From an uncultured Chthonomonas sp. (lineage in GTDB: Bacteria > Armatimonadota > Chthonomonadetes > Chthonomonadales > CAJBBX01): a stretch of DNA of 64,000 bases. The stretch spans positions 3,625 through 67,624 of the forward strand of contig CAISJD010000006.1 of assembly GCA_903885605.1 (NCBI GenBank), given 5' to 3'. Positions 54,572-64,000 of this stretch are shown here, one piece after another. The position numbers and the translations under genes were made by a program. Below the pieces are notes generated by a model, which was given only the letters and a program-made list of their open reading frames with translations, had not been told where the DNA came from and did no database searches. Positions within the stretch are counted from its first letter, which is position 1. Every line of letters begins with the position of its first letter.

Positions 54572-54865
54572 TTGCCGCTAATGCTAGACGACGTGCGCCG
54601 CGTTGCCGCTCTCGCCCGTCTGGAACTCACCGATGACGAGGCCGCCGCTCAGCTTCGGCGCATCAACGAGTTGATGGAACGCTTCGAATCGCTCCGCGAG
54701 CTGGACGTCGAGGGCATCGAGCCCACGGCCCACAGCGCCCCCATCCACAACGTGCTGCGCGAGGATGCCGCAAGGCCCTCGCTCGCTCGCGACGAAGTGC
54801 TGGCAGGCGCTCCCGATGCCCGCGAGGGATGCTTCGCGGTGCCGCTGATCCTCGAGGCCTCCTGA
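54572..54865 (+). CDS. gatC: Asp/Glu-tRNA amidotransferase subunit C
   Basis: TTG 54572 lies 9 nt after GGAGGG. The alternative ATG 54581 has no SD. ...DDVRRVAALARLELTDDE...ELDVEGIEPT. Confidence 0.9.
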   Translation: MPLMLDDVRRVAALARLELTDDEAAAQLRRINELMERFESLRELDVEGIEPTAHSAPIHNVLREDAARPSLARDEVLAGAPDAREGCFAVPLILEAS

Positions 54866-54868
54866 GCC

Positions 54869-56335
54869 ATGGAGCCACTCACCTACCGATCGCTGCGAGC
54901 TCTGCGCGACGCCGTATGCTCGGGCGAGGTCAGCGCCCGCGAGATCACCCGGGCGCACCTGGACCGCATCGCCGAGGTTGAACCCGCTATCTCGGCGCTG
55001 CTGGCAGTGACCACCGACGGTGCACTGGCCCAGGCCGACGCCGTGGACGCCGCCCGCTCGCGAGGCGAAGAGCTGGGTCCGCTGGCAGGTGTGCCCATCG
55101 CACTGAAAGACGTCATAAGCACCCGTGGCGTTGCCACCACCTGCGGGAGCCGCATCCTGGCGGGCTGGAAGCCCCCATACGACGCCACGGTGACCGCCAG
55201 GTTGCGCGAGGCGGGCGCCGTCATGCTGGGCAAGGCCAACTGCGACGAGTTCGCCATGGGCAGCTCTACCGAGAACAGCGCCTACGGCCCCACCCGAAAC
55301 CCCTGGAACCTGGACCGCGTGCCCGGTGGCTCCTCCGGCGGCTCCGCCGCGGCGGTGGCGGCCGGCGAGGTAGCGGGCTCGCTTGGCTCCGACACGGGCG
55401 GCTCGATCCGGCAGCCGGCTGCGCTCTGCGGCATTGTAGGGCTAAAACCCACCTATGGCCGGGTCAGCCGCTTCGGGCTGGTGGCCTACGCCTCGTCGCT
55501 GGACCAGATCGGACCCATGGCCCGCTCGGTCGAGGACGCGGCACTGCTGCTTGAGGCCATCTGCGGCGTGGACCTGCTTGACGCGACCTCGGTCGATGCG
55601 CCTCCCTTCAGCGCGGAAGCCGTCAAGCGCGGCGACATCCGAGGCCTCCGCGTCGGCGTGCCCAGGGAGTTCATGGGCGACGGCATCGATGGCGCCGTGG
55701 CTGCCGCCGTGCGCGCCGCGGTGGAGGCGCTGTGCAGCATGGGCGCCACGGCCGAGGAGTGCTCCCTGCCCACGGCGCGGCATAGCCTGGCTACCTACTA
55801 CATCCTGGCTCCGGCCGAGGCGTCCAGCAACCTGGCCCGTTACGACGGCGTCCGGTTCGGCCTGCGGTCGGAGGGCGGTTCCGGCCACGCGGGCATGACC
55901 GAGGCGTCGCGCGAGGCGGGCTTCGGAGCTGAGACCAAGCAGCGCATCCTCGTCGGAACCTACGCCCTCTCGGCGGGCTACTACGACGCTTACTACCTCC
56001 GCGCGCAAAAGGTCCGGACGCTCATCCGGCGCGACTTCGACGCCGCGTTCGAGCGCTTCGACGTGCTCGTGACGCCCACCTCGCCCACCGTGGCGTTCGG
56101 CATCGGCGAGAAGAGCGACGACCCGCTGGCCATGAAGCTCGCCGATGTTTGCACACTGCCGGCCAACATGGCGGGCATCCCCGGCGTATCGATCCCGTGC
56201 GGGATGGATCAGGGCCTTCCCATCGGGCTGCAGATCATGGGGCGCTCCTTCGACGAAGAGAACGTGCTACGGGCGGCGTACGCCTACGAACAGGCCACGC
56301 GCTGGCACACGCATCGACCGGAGGTGGCCCGCTGA
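54869..56335 (+). CDS. gatA: Asp/Glu-tRNA amidotransferase subunit A
   Basis: Amidase signature [14 protein letters not shown]...[12 protein letters not shown]. 488 aa. Confidence 0.97.
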   Translation: MEPLTYRSLRALRDAVCSGEVSAREITRAHLDRIAEVEPAISALLAVTTDGALAQADAVDAARSRGEELGPLAGVPIALKDVISTRGVATTCGSRILAGWKPPYDATVTARLREAGAVMLGKANCDEFAMGSSTENSAYGPTRNPWNLDRVPGGSSGGSAAAVAAGEVAGSLGSDTGGSIRQPAALCGIVGLKPTYGRVSRFGLVAYASSLDQIGPMARSVEDAALLLEAICGVDLLDATSVDAPPFSAEAVKRGDIRGLRVGVPREFMGDGIDGAVAAAVRAAVEALCSMGATAEECSLPTARHSLATYYILAPAEASSNLARYDGVRFGLRSEGGSGHAGMTEASREAGFGAETKQRILVGTYALSAGYYDAYYLRAQKVRTLIRRDFDAAFERFDVLVTPTSPTVAFGIGEKSDDPLAMKLADVCTLPANMAGIPGVSIPCGMDQGLPIGLQIMGRSFDEENVLRAAYAYEQATRWHTHRPEVAR

Positions 56336-57795
56336 TGCCCGCCATCCAGACTGAGACCCAGTATGTCAGTAGCATCGGTATGGAGGTCCATGCCGAGCTG
56401 CTCACCGAGAGCAAGATGTTCTGCGGGTGCCGCAACGCCTTCGGCGGCGAGCCCAACACCCGGTGCTGCCCGGTCTGCCTGGGCCTCCCCGGCTCATTGC
56501 CCGTGGCGAACCGGCTGGCCGTTGAGCTTGTGATCCGCGCCGCCCTGGCCCTGCATTGCAGCATCAGCCCCATCGCCGAGTTCGACAGGAAGAATTACTT
56601 CTACCCGGATCTGCCCAAGGGCTACCAGATATCCCAGTACGACCAGCCCATCGGATCGGGCGGTTGGCTGGACATCGAGACCGAGGCCGGGCCGCGGCGG
56701 GTGCATATCCGGCGCGTCCACCTCGAAGAGGACACCGGCAAACTGATGCACCTGCCCACCGGCGACAGCGCGGTGGACTACAACCGCTCCGGCGTCCCGC
56801 TCATGGAGATCGTCACCGAGTTCCCGCCGGACATGGGCAGCGCCGACGAGGCTCGGGCCTACCTCGTGAAGCTACGGGCGATCCTCACCTGCATCGGTGT
56901 CTCCGACGGCAAGATGGAGCAGGGCAGCCTGCGGTGCGAACCCAACATCTCCGTGCGGCCGACGGGCGCGTCGGCCTTCGGCACCAAGACGGAGATCAAG
57001 AACCTCAACTCCTTCCGTGCCGTCCATCGAGGCGTCCAGCATGAACTGACGCGGCAGGTCGCCTTATTGCGTCGTGGCGAGAGGGTGGCGCAGGAGACGC
57101 GGGGATGGAACGAGGCCCGAGGCGAGACGGTGCTGCAGCGGGTCAAGGAGGTCGAGCAGGAGTACCGGTACTTCCCCGAGCCCGATCTGCTGCCGCTCCA
57201 CATCGACGACGCGTGGGTCGCCTCGATCCGCGCCGGATTACCCGAACTGCCGGACGCCGCACGCCTCAGGCTGGTCGACCAATACGGGGTCTCAGCGGCC
57301 GAAGCCGACCTGCTGACCCAGACCGCGGCATGGACCGCCTACTTCGAGCGGGCGGCCGGGCTCTGCGGCAACGCGCGAGCCACGGCGAACTGGATGATGG
57401 GTGAGCTTGCCCGGCTGCTGAATGCCGCCAACCTTGAGATCGACCAGTGCAAGGCCGGCCCGGAAGCGCTGGCTGAGTTGCTGGCGATGGTGGAGAGCGG
57501 CAAGATCAGCGGGAAGATGGCCAAGGGCGTATGGGAGGCCGCATTCGAGACAGGCGAGGCCCCGGCGGCCATCGCGGCGAGGCAGGGCGAGCAGATCAGC
57601 GACGCCGGAGCCCTTGGGGCCGTACTTAACTCTGTGATCGCCGCGCAACCCGATGTCTGGCAGGCCCTCTGCGCCGGCGACGAGAAGAAGCTCACCTTCA
57701 TGGTAGGCCAGATCATGAAGCAGACACGCGGCAAGGCGAACCCAGGCGAGGTGAACCGCCTGCTGCGCGAACGGATGGCGGGAGGCGCCCAATGA
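56335..57795 (+). CDS. gatB: Asp/Glu-tRNA amidotransferase subunit B
   Basis: The ATG overlaps the gatA TGA by 1 nt. [27 protein letters not shown] and a C-terminal GatB/YqeY domain. Confidence 0.97.
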   Translation: MPAIQTETQYVSSIGMEVHAELLTESKMFCGCRNAFGGEPNTRCCPVCLGLPGSLPVANRLAVELVIRAALALHCSISPIAEFDRKNYFYPDLPKGYQISQYDQPIGSGGWLDIETEAGPRRVHIRRVHLEEDTGKLMHLPTGDSAVDYNRSGVPLMEIVTEFPPDMGSADEARAYLVKLRAILTCIGVSDGKMEQGSLRCEPNISVRPTGASAFGTKTEIKNLNSFRAVHRGVQHELTRQVALLRRGERVAQETRGWNEARGETVLQRVKEVEQEYRYFPEPDLLPLHIDDAWVASIRAGLPELPDAARLRLVDQYGVSAAEADLLTQTAAWTAYFERAAGLCGNARATANWMMGELARLLNAANLEIDQCKAGPEALAELLAMVESGKISGKMAKGVWEAAFETGEAPAAIAARQGEQISDAGALGAVLNSVIAAQPDVWQALCAGDEKKLTFMVGQIMKQTRGKANPGEVNRLLRERMAGGAQ

Positions 57796-58373
57796 ACCGA
57801 CTTCGGCACGCTGCCTGGTCCGTCTCGGCCCTGCTGGCCGCCATGCCGGCCCTCTGTGCCGGCGCTCCCTCCACATCGATGAGCGACGCCATCGTCCAGC
57901 ACACGCTTGACAACCTCGTGGTGCTGGAGGATTCCCACTGGCACTGGGGTGAGTACAACCACATCGTGAACCTCTGCCGTGTGCAGGTGGAGGGCGATCC
58001 CGGCAACATCGAGGCCTACTCCGACGCGGGCTGGTTGCTGGAGAGCCTTGGCCGAAACCCCGAGGCCGCAGAGCTCTACACGCTGGGCGCCCGGAACAAC
58101 CCGAAGACCTACCGCCTCCATTGGGAACTGGGCTACCACTACGGCATCTTCCTGAAGGACTGGAGCAAGGCCCTACCGCATCTGGAGCGGGCCGCCGCCC
58201 AGGCCGACTGCCCGCCTATCGCCCTGCACCAGCTAGCGCACGCGCTGGAGCGCGCCGGCCGCTTGCAGGACTGCCTGAAGGTCTGGCAGAAGGCGGCAGA
58301 CAACCCGCGCAACGAAGCCCGGGCCACTGCGGCAGTGCAACGGGACCGCGTGAAGCGGCTCATCAACCGATGA
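57792..58373 (+). CDS. Secreted TPR-like helical-repeat protein
   Basis: ATGA overlap with the gatB stop. Signal [25 protein letters not shown]. Helical repeat pattern. Confidence 0.45.
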   Translation: MNRLRHAAWSVSALLAAMPALCAGAPSTSMSDAIVQHTLDNLVVLEDSHWHWGEYNHIVNLCRVQVEGDPGNIEAYSDAGWLLESLGRNPEAAELYTLGARNNPKTYRLHWELGYHYGIFLKDWSKALPHLERAAAQADCPPIALHQLAHALERAGRLQDCLKVWQKAADNPRNEARATAAVQRDRVKRLINR

Positions 58374-58391
58374 CGCGGAACGGATGACGCC

Positions 58392-58670
58392 ATGTACCTA
58401 TCACGCCTGATCATCCTCATCATCCTGGACGCGGCTTCGCTGCTGGTGCTTGCCGACGTGGTCGTCTCGTGGTCGATCCACCTTGGTGCGCGGGCCATCC
58501 GCCCGTGGGATCCGTGGGTCAAGACGCTGCACAAGGCGACCAATCCGATGCTGGCGCCGTTCCGCGCCCTCATCCCGCCGCAACGGACCAACGGGCTGGA
58601 CCTATCGCCCATGCTGGCGCTCCTCTTCATCCAGCTGCTCCAGTCCTTCTTCAGCGGCCTGGCGTTCTAG
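58392..58670 (+). CDS. YggT family membrane protein
   Basis: 92 aa with two TM segments. The P..R..IPP....LDLSP pattern of YggT. Confidence 0.8.
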   Translation: MYLSRLIILIILDAASLLVLADVVVSWSIHLGARAIRPWDPWVKTLHKATNPMLAPFRALIPPQRTNGLDLSPMLALLFIQLLQSFFSGLAF

Positions 58671-58674
58671 CTTC

Positions 58675-60114
58675 ATGGCCGAGTGCGTCGAGACGTCCAC
58701 CGGAGGCCCCGCGCGGCGCCGGTTCACCGCGGCCGGCGGCGTCATCCTGGCCGTGGCGGTGGGCGCCGTGATCTGGACCGGCTGGTCCCACACCCGCGGC
58801 GGGCAGAAGCAGACAGAGGTCGCCCGCCTGCAGCTGGAGGCGCTGGACCGAGCCCGCAGGGGCTACCTCGCGGAGCCCGGCTCCGGTCCTACCGGCGCCC
58901 TGAGGACACGGTACCTCGCTGACGCCGTTCAAGCCCTGGACAAGCTCGCGCAACTCAACCCGTCTGCCGGGAGTGTTCGCAAGCTGATGCTCGCAGAGCA
59001 CATGGCCGGCGGCCCCACGTGGCGCGCAACCGCGCTGCGCCTACGCGGCCACGACGTCCGACGCCCCCTTTTGGAGACCGACGCAGAGATTGCGCTATGG
59101 GCCCAGGTGCTGGGTGACGATCCCATCCCGGCCGAAGGTGTCGCACCTGCCAGGTCGCAGATCCGGGGCATGGGGCTAGGCTGGTTCGAGCACGTGGCCC
59201 TGAGCCGCCTCTATCAGCGCGCCGGCATGGCACAGGCCGCCGCCGCCGAGGCCAACGGCGCCCGCTTCACGGCAGTGCTGATGGGCCTCTTCGACACCGG
59301 CGTGCTGGTAGCACTGATGGCCGGCGTCCTGGCCCTGGCGTTCACCATCCGCTCGTGGCGGATGCCGGACACCGGCGGCTGGCGACTGCCCGAGCGCCTG
59401 AGCCCCGATGCCGCCCTCGCTTGCCGCACCGCCTTCTGCGTCTACCTCGGCGGCATCCTGCTGGTAAGGCTCGCCGCGCCCGCCCTGCTGGGCCTACTCA
59501 ACGCGCACCCCCGCACTGAGGCCGGCCCCATCACCATGGGCCTGCTGTCGACGATCCTGCTTGCCCTGAGCGCGGCGCCGCCGGTGGCGTTGCTGGCGAT
59601 GCAAGCCCGCCGCACGGGCCTCCGTCTGGCAGACTTCGGCCTCACGGGCGCCCGGCCATGGCGCGACGCGGGCCTGGCGGTGACCGGTTACCTGGCAATC
59701 TTCCCGGTGCTGACCGTCACGATCCTGGCTACGTCGAGGCTCCTGGGTGATGACCCCACGCCGTTGAACCCGGCCATCACGGCTTTCGCCGGCTCGGGCA
59801 GCTCCTTCGTCCGGGCGATGCTGCTCTGCCAGGCGGTGGTGCTGGCGCCCATCGTCGAGGAGTTCATGTTCCGGGCGGTGCTGTTTCGCGGCCTGCAGGG
59901 CCAGGTGCGGACGCGCTGGGCGATGGTCGGTTCGGCGGCGGTCTTCGCGGCGCTGCACCCCCAGCTGCCGGCAGGCTTCCCGGTGCTCTTCGTGCTGGCC
60001 TGCGGCTTCGGCCTGCTCTACCTGCGGTCGGGCAACCTGCTGGCTTCCGTCCTGGCGCACGCCCTGAACAATGCCGGGGTCTTCGTCTACCTTGCACTGG
60101 TAGCCGGAACATGA
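58675..60114 (+). CDS. CPBP-family intramembrane glutamic endopeptidase (CAAX protease) with a long N-terminal extracytoplasmic region
   Basis: EEFMFRAVLFRGL, FAALH and HALNN motifs in the C-terminal TM bundle. Start at ATG 58675. Confidence 0.75.
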   Translation: MAECVETSTGGPARRRFTAAGGVILAVAVGAVIWTGWSHTRGGQKQTEVARLQLEALDRARRGYLAEPGSGPTGALRTRYLADAVQALDKLAQLNPSAGSVRKLMLAEHMAGGPTWRATALRLRGHDVRRPLLETDAEIALWAQVLGDDPIPAEGVAPARSQIRGMGLGWFEHVALSRLYQRAGMAQAAAAEANGARFTAVLMGLFDTGVLVALMAGVLALAFTIRSWRMPDTGGWRLPERLSPDAALACRTAFCVYLGGILLVRLAAPALLGLLNAHPRTEAGPITMGLLSTILLALSAAPPVALLAMQARRTGLRLADFGLTGARPWRDAGLAVTGYLAIFPVLTVTILATSRLLGDDPTPLNPAITAFAGSGSSFVRAMLLCQAVVLAPIVEEFMFRAVLFRGLQGQVRTRWAMVGSAAVFAALHPQLPAGFPVLFVLACGFGLLYLRSGNLLASVLAHALNNAGVFVYLALVAGT

Positions 60115-60380
60115 GCAAGCTCCAGGTCCGCTTGACGCCGCGAGGAGGGCGCAACGCCGTCGAGGCCCTCCGGGATGGTGTGCTGCATGTCCGGGTCAGC
60201 ACGCCGCCGGTGGACGGCGCGGCCAATCGCGCCCTCGTCGAGCTCGTGGCCGATCGGCTGGGCGTCCCCAAGTCGAGCGTCTCCATCGCCTCCGGCGCGT
60301 CATCGCGCCTCAAGGTGCTGGAGGTCAGCGCCCTGGACGACGCGGAGCTGACCGCCCGCCTGGCCCGGGAGGGCGACTAG
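60111..60380 (+). CDS. DUF167 (YggU) family protein
   Basis: ATGA overlap. VRVSTPPVDGAANRALVELVADRLGVPKSSV....G.SSR.K. Confidence 0.8.
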   Translation: MSKLQVRLTPRGGRNAVEALRDGVLHVRVSTPPVDGAANRALVELVADRLGVPKSSVSIASGASSRLKVLEVSALDDAELTARLAREGD

Positions 60381-60382
60381 CC

Positions 60383-60748
60383 ATGCCCGACGCCTGGCCT
60401 GTGGCCATGATCACGGGTTCGCCGCTACAGTGGGCGGCGCTCGCGGCCATCGTCGTGGCGATACTCGCCCCCAGGCTGATCCCGCCGCTGGTGCGCATGG
60501 TAACAGGCCTCCTCCTGCAGCGCTACGTCGGCGTAGCTCCGCCGCGTCGACGGAGCCATAGCCCGGCAGCTGTGCCGGCGGTTGAGGTACTGCAGCCGGA
60601 AAAGCCCGCCCCGGCACTGCGCCGCGGCGCCGACAGGCCCGTGCGCTCACGTTCCAGGACCCGGCCTGCCGCCTCGATGGCAGGTGCAGTGGCGTTTGTC
60701 GGGCTGGTTGTAGCTGTGCTATCATGGTTGCTGCTGCGAGTTCGTTGA
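60383..60748 (+). CDS. Hypothetical small membrane protein with two terminal TM helices flanking a Pro/Arg-rich linker
   Basis: GGGAGGG SD 10 nt upstream, 2 nt after the yggU stop. The N-terminal segment loosely resembles TatA (…IVVAILAPRLIPPLVR…). Could be spurious in GC-rich DNA. Confidence 0.35.
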   Translation: MPDAWPVAMITGSPLQWAALAAIVVAILAPRLIPPLVRMVTGLLLQRYVGVAPPRRRSHSPAAVPAVEVLQPEKPAPALRRGADRPVRSRSRTRPAASMAGAVAFVGLVVAVLSWLLLRVR

Positions 60749-60794
60749 GCAGCCACCGGTCCGGGTGCCGCCTGGACCCACGTAGGGAGCTACC

Positions 60795-61037
60795 ATGGCG
60801 CTAGTTAAGGTCTACATCACCCTCAAGCCGACGTTGCTCGACGCGCAAGGCCGCGTGGTGCAGAACGCCCTGGCCTCGATGGGCTACGACGGCGTGAAGC
60901 AGGTCCGCGTGGGCAAGTACCTCGAGATGCAGTTGGACGGCGAGGGCGACACGCTCCGCAAACAGGTGGCCGAGATGTGCGACAGGTTGCTGGCGAACCC
61001 GGTCATAGAGAACTACCGCTTCGAGGTCGGAGAGTGA
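60795..61037 (+). CDS. purS: Phosphoribosylformylglycinamidine synthase subunit PurS
   Basis: GGGAG SD. 80 aa. [20 protein letters not shown]. Confidence 0.93.
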   Translation: MALVKVYITLKPTLLDAQGRVVQNALASMGYDGVKQVRVGKYLEMQLDGEGDTLRKQVAEMCDRLLANPVIENYRFEVGE

Positions 61038-61729
61038 AGTTCGGCGTCGTCCGGTTCCCCGGATCAAACTGCGACCAGGACGCCTACTACGTCCTGCGCG
61101 ATGTGCTGAACGTGCCGGTTGAGTACATCTGGCACGCCGACACGGACGTGCGGTCGTATGACTGCATCGTCCTCCCGGGTGGGTTCTCCTACGGCGACTA
61201 CCTGCGCACCGGCGCCATCGCACGGTTCGCGCCGGTAATGGACTCGATCCGAGCCCACGCCGAGCGCGGTAAGTTCCTCATCGGCATCTGCAACGGGTTC
61301 CAGGTGCTGTGCGAAGCCCACTTGCTGCCCGGCGCGCTGGTGCGCAATGTAGGCCTAAAGTTCATCTGCCGCCAGGTCCACCTGCGCGTTGAGAACGCAG
61401 GTACTCCCTGGACCACCGATGCACGGACCGAACGCCCCCTCCGCATCCCGATCGCGCACGGCGAGGGCTGTTATGTCGCCGACGCCGACACGCTTGCCGA
61501 ACTCCACGCGGGCGGTCGCATTGTCTTCCGCTACTGCGACGCGGAAGGGCACCCGACATCGGACAGCAATCCGAATGGGTCAGTCGAGAACATAGCCGGT
61601 ATAGCGAACGCCTCGTTCAACGTGCTGGGCATGATGCCCCATCCCGAGCGCGCCTCGGAGAGGCTCTTGGGATCGGACGACGGCCGTGGCATCTTCGCCT
61701 CCGTCATCAAACGCATAGCCCGGTCTTGA
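61034..61729 (+). CDS. purQ: Phosphoribosylformylglycinamidine synthase subunit PurQ (glutaminase)
   Basis: GTGA overlap with pur[33 protein letters not shown] and MMPHPER. Confidence 0.95.
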   Translation: MKFGVVRFPGSNCDQDAYYVLRDVLNVPVEYIWHADTDVRSYDCIVLPGGFSYGDYLRTGAIARFAPVMDSIRAHAERGKFLIGICNGFQVLCEAHLLPGALVRNVGLKFICRQVHLRVENAGTPWTTDARTERPLRIPIAHGEGCYVADADTLAELHAGGRIVFRYCDAEGHPTSDSNPNGSVENIAGIANASFNVLGMMPHPERASERLLGSDDGRGIFASVIKRIARS

Positions 61730-61745
61730 CGTGCGGACGGCCGAT

Positions 61746-61774
61746 TTGACGTTCCACTAAGCGTGTGATATAAT
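61746..61774 (+). promoter_or_regulatory. Near-consensus sigma70-type promoter for greA-lysS
   Basis: TTGACG (61746-61751), 17-nt spacer, TGaTATAAT (61766-61774). The most AT-rich stretch in the window. Leaves a leader of about 90 nt. Confidence 0.65.
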
Positions 61775-61872
61775 CGCTCCCGCAGAGTAAGCGATCACAT
61801 TCGAGAGCACTGGCGTCCCTATGGCGTCGGTGCTCGTTTGCGTTCATCTCGGAGTTCGGACTGGAGCGCCCT

Positions 61873-62352
61873 ATGTCCACTGATGACATCATCACCCTGA
61901 CCCCAGAAGGCTACACCCGAATTGAGCGTGAGCTGGAGAGGCTTCGGACCGTCGAGCGCCGGGAAGTGACTGACCGAATCCGGGACTCCCAGCAGAGCGG
62001 CGAGTTCGCTGAGAACGCCGAGTACGAAGACGCCAAGATCGAGCAGGCCTTCGTCGAGGGCCGCATCCGCGACCTGCGCCGGATCCTTCAGCACTCTCAG
62101 GTCCTGCAGCCGGATGACGTGCCTACCGACTGCGTGGGCCTGGGTTCCTATGTGCTCCTGCACGACCTGGAGCATCGAGACACCTGGGAAGTGCGGCTGG
62201 TGGGTTCCGTCGAGAGCGACCCGGACCACGATCGCATCTCCGACGAATCGCCCATCGGGCGCGCCCTCATGGGCCGCAAGGCGGGCAACGAGATCATTGT
62301 GGCGGTGCCGGACGGCCGCCTGCGGTACCGAATCGAGGGCATTCGCCGATGA
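61873..62352 (+). CDS. greA: Transcription elongation factor GreA
   Basis: LTPEGY..I..EL..L....R.EV..RI....SGEFAENAEY..AK. 159 aa. Confidence 0.95.
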   Translation: MSTDDIITLTPEGYTRIERELERLRTVERREVTDRIRDSQQSGEFAENAEYEDAKIEQAFVEGRIRDLRRILQHSQVLQPDDVPTDCVGLGSYVLLHDLEHRDTWEVRLVGSVESDPDHDRISDESPIGRALMGRKAGNEIIVAVPDGRLRYRIEGIRR

Positions 62353-63860
62353 TGTTGGACGAGAACGAGCAACGCCGCATACGGATCGACAAGCTCAACG
62401 CGTTGCGCGAGCGGGGCATCGACCCATTCGCCATCGAGCGCTACGACCGGACACACACGGCCGCCCAGGTGCATGAGGGGCTTGAGCAGCTGTCCGGCGC
62501 CAAGGTGACCCTGGCAGGGCGCCTCTTCTCGATCCGCAAAATGGGCAAAGCTCTCTTCTCGGATATCGAAGATGAGACGGGCCGTATCCAGCTTCATGTT
62601 CGCCGCGACCTGCTGGGCGACGCCTACGCCGACTTCAAGTCGCTGGACATCGCGGACATTGTCGGGGTCGAGGGCGAGGTCTTCCGCACCGAGATGGGCG
62701 AAGACACCGTTCGCGTCACCGGGTTCACGCTGCTGGCCAAGGCCGTCCGCCACGTGCCGCTGGGCAAGAAGCGCGACGGCGTGGCCCACGAAACACTGAA
62801 GGATGACGAAGCGCGCCAGCGCATGCGCTACGTCGATCTGCTTGCCAACCCCGAGTCGCGCGACGCGCTGATTATGCGCTGCCGCGTGGTTCAGGCTGTG
62901 CGCGAGTTCCTCAACGCCCGGGGCTTCCTCGAGGTCGAAACGCCGGTGCTGCAATCGGTGGCAGGCGGCGCATCGGCGCGTCCGTTCATGACGTTCCACA
63001 ACGACCTGAAGCTGGACCTGAAGCTGCGAATCTCGCTGGAGCTCTACCTGAAGCGGCTCATCGTGGGAGGCATCCCCAAGGTCTACGAGATTGGGCGCGT
63101 CTTTCGGAACGAGGCCGCGGACACGGACCACAACCCTGAGTTCACCCTGATGGAGCTCTACGAGGCCTATACCGACCTCGAGGGCATGATGGACCTGGTC
63201 GAGGATATGTACGTCGACGTGGCCCGGCGGGTGATCGGCACGACTGTAGTGCATCCCGTGATGAAGGTCGGTGACGAGGCCCTTGAGGCCGTCACGGTTG
63301 ACCTGTCCCAGCGCCCCTGGCGGCGCCTGCCCATGATGCAGGGCATCCTGGAGAACTCGGGACTGGACCGGTCGGCCTTCCGCGATATGGCGTCGGCCCG
63401 TGAGGCGGCGCGGTCGGTGGGCCTCGACCCCGAGAAGATGCCGACCATCGGCAAGATCATCGAGAAGGTCCACGAGAAGGTCACGCAGCCCAAACTCGTG
63501 CAGCCGACGTTCGTCGTCGACTACCCCATCGAGACCTCGCCGCTGGCCAAGAAGCACCCGAACGACCCGACGCTGACGCGCCGGTTCGAGGTCTTCATCG
63601 CCGGTCAGGAGTTGGGCAACGCCTTCTCCGAGATCAACGACCCGTTCGACCAGCGCGAGCGGTTCGCCGATCAGTTGCTGCAGATGAAGGCGGGTGAGCA
63701 GGAAGCGCACCCGATGGACGAGGACTTCATCCGCGCCCTGGAGTGCGGCATGCCTCCGACCGGCGGCCTGGGCGTGGGGATGGACCGCCTCGCCATGGTT
63801 CTGGCCGGAGCCAGGTCCATCCGCGACGTGCTGCTTTTCCCGCTGCTTCGGCCGGAGTAA
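62349..63860 (+). CDS. lysS: Lysine--tRNA ligase (class II)
   Basis: ATGA overlap with greA. OB anticodon-binding domain followed by the class II core (FLEVETP, VYEIGRVFRNE, GGLGVGMDRL). Confidence 0.97.
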   Translation: MMLDENEQRRIRIDKLNALRERGIDPFAIERYDRTHTAAQVHEGLEQLSGAKVTLAGRLFSIRKMGKALFSDIEDETGRIQLHVRRDLLGDAYADFKSLDIADIVGVEGEVFRTEMGEDTVRVTGFTLLAKAVRHVPLGKKRDGVAHETLKDDEARQRMRYVDLLANPESRDALIMRCRVVQAVREFLNARGFLEVETPVLQSVAGGASARPFMTFHNDLKLDLKLRISLELYLKRLIVGGIPKVYEIGRVFRNEAADTDHNPEFTLMELYEAYTDLEGMMDLVEDMYVDVARRVIGTTVVHPVMKVGDEALEAVTVDLSQRPWRRLPMMQGILENSGLDRSAFRDMASAREAARSVGLDPEKMPTIGKIIEKVHEKVTQPKLVQPTFVVDYPIETSPLAKKHPNDPTLTRRFEVFIAGQELGNAFSEINDPFDQRERFADQLLQMKAGEQEAHPMDEDFIRALECGMPPTGGLGVGMDRLAMVLAGARSIRDVLLFPLLRPE

Positions 63861-63955
63861 CCACAGGCGCGCACGAAAGTGGGACTAACGCGCCCCTCGC
63901 TGCGTATGACCCACCAATGAAACTACGTCGGCCCTGCCGACTGGAGAGCCAACCT

Positions 63956-64000
63956 ATGGAAGCAACAGCCGTGAGCGCCGGCATCTCGATCAGCGAGCGC
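63956..64000 (+). CDS. 5' end of an unidentified CDS running off the window
   Basis: ATG 63956 lies 7 nt after GGAGAG. Only 15 codons (MEATAVSAGISISER) are visible. Confidence 0.25.
   Translation, partial: MEATAVSAGISISER

Noticed and set aside
60411-60756. Antisense ORFs (60411..60725 and 60523..60756, minus strand) competing with the 121-aa plus-strand ORF.
   Set aside because: They have no SD and run against an otherwise uninterrupted plus-strand array. The plus-strand ORF has a GGGAGGG SD and two clear TM helices. Even so, it is kept only at low confidence.
1-64000. Search by eye for tRNA, rRNA, CRISPR arrays, IS elements, integrases, phage genes, toxin-antitoxin pairs or known defence-system genes.
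   Set aside because: The non-coding gaps are about 220 nt or less and lack T-loop (GGTTCGA-type) or acceptor-stem patterns. I saw no repeat-spacer periodicity, no transposase or recombinase motifs and no abrupt compositional island. A tRNAscan-SE, Infernal or defence-finder run would be needed for certainty.

Overview
This is a 64-kb chromosomal segment from a visibly very GC-rich bacterium (roughly two-thirds G+C by eye, not computed). The organism is diderm, since LptD and MlaFED are present. The long MlaD, strong GGAGG Shine-Dalgarno use and abundance of Tat-exported sugar enzymes suggest a Terrabacteria-type diderm such as Armatimonadota, but that is inference only. I call about 52 tightly packed CDS, many with 1-4 nt overlaps.

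Housekeeping genes: alaS, lysS, gatCAB, dnaB, rplI, purD, purS/purQ, pdxT, greA, rarA, an ABC-F ATPase, an RNase II-family enzyme and an AddAB-type helicase-nuclease.

Envelope block: lptD, an FG-GAP propeller gene, pdxT, mlaE, mlaF and a long mlaD.

Carbohydrate-active and uncharacterised modules:
- GH172/DUF2961, GH4 and GH127+LamG enzymes, and a SASA esterase.
- A Tat-exported Gfo/Idh/MocA plus TIM-barrel pair.
- An RfbB-like plus FemAB/CelD-like pair.
- A URO-D-like plus UxaC-like operon.
- An ABC exporter with a DUF1854 partner.

I saw no rRNA, tRNA, CRISPR array, transposase, integrase or prophage gene. The largest non-coding gaps are about 220 nt or less. All product calls rest on motifs read from the translations and on recalled family signatures. 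No database search was run.

Second-look items, strongest first:
1. A 480-495 aa MlaD with a helical stalk and a C-terminal beta-barrel-like domain.
2. An ABC exporter with an N-terminal soluble domain and zinc ribbon, paired with a DUF1854 protein.
3. A single-pass membrane protein with two beta-sandwich domains and three Ig-like repeats.
4. A GT-C-like membrane protein translationally coupled to a cytoplasmic GH172.
5. lptD translationally coupled to an FG-GAP propeller gene.
6. A consistent set of -10 boxes (TGnTATAnT and G-TAGA(A/C)T) that implies several leaderless mRNAs.
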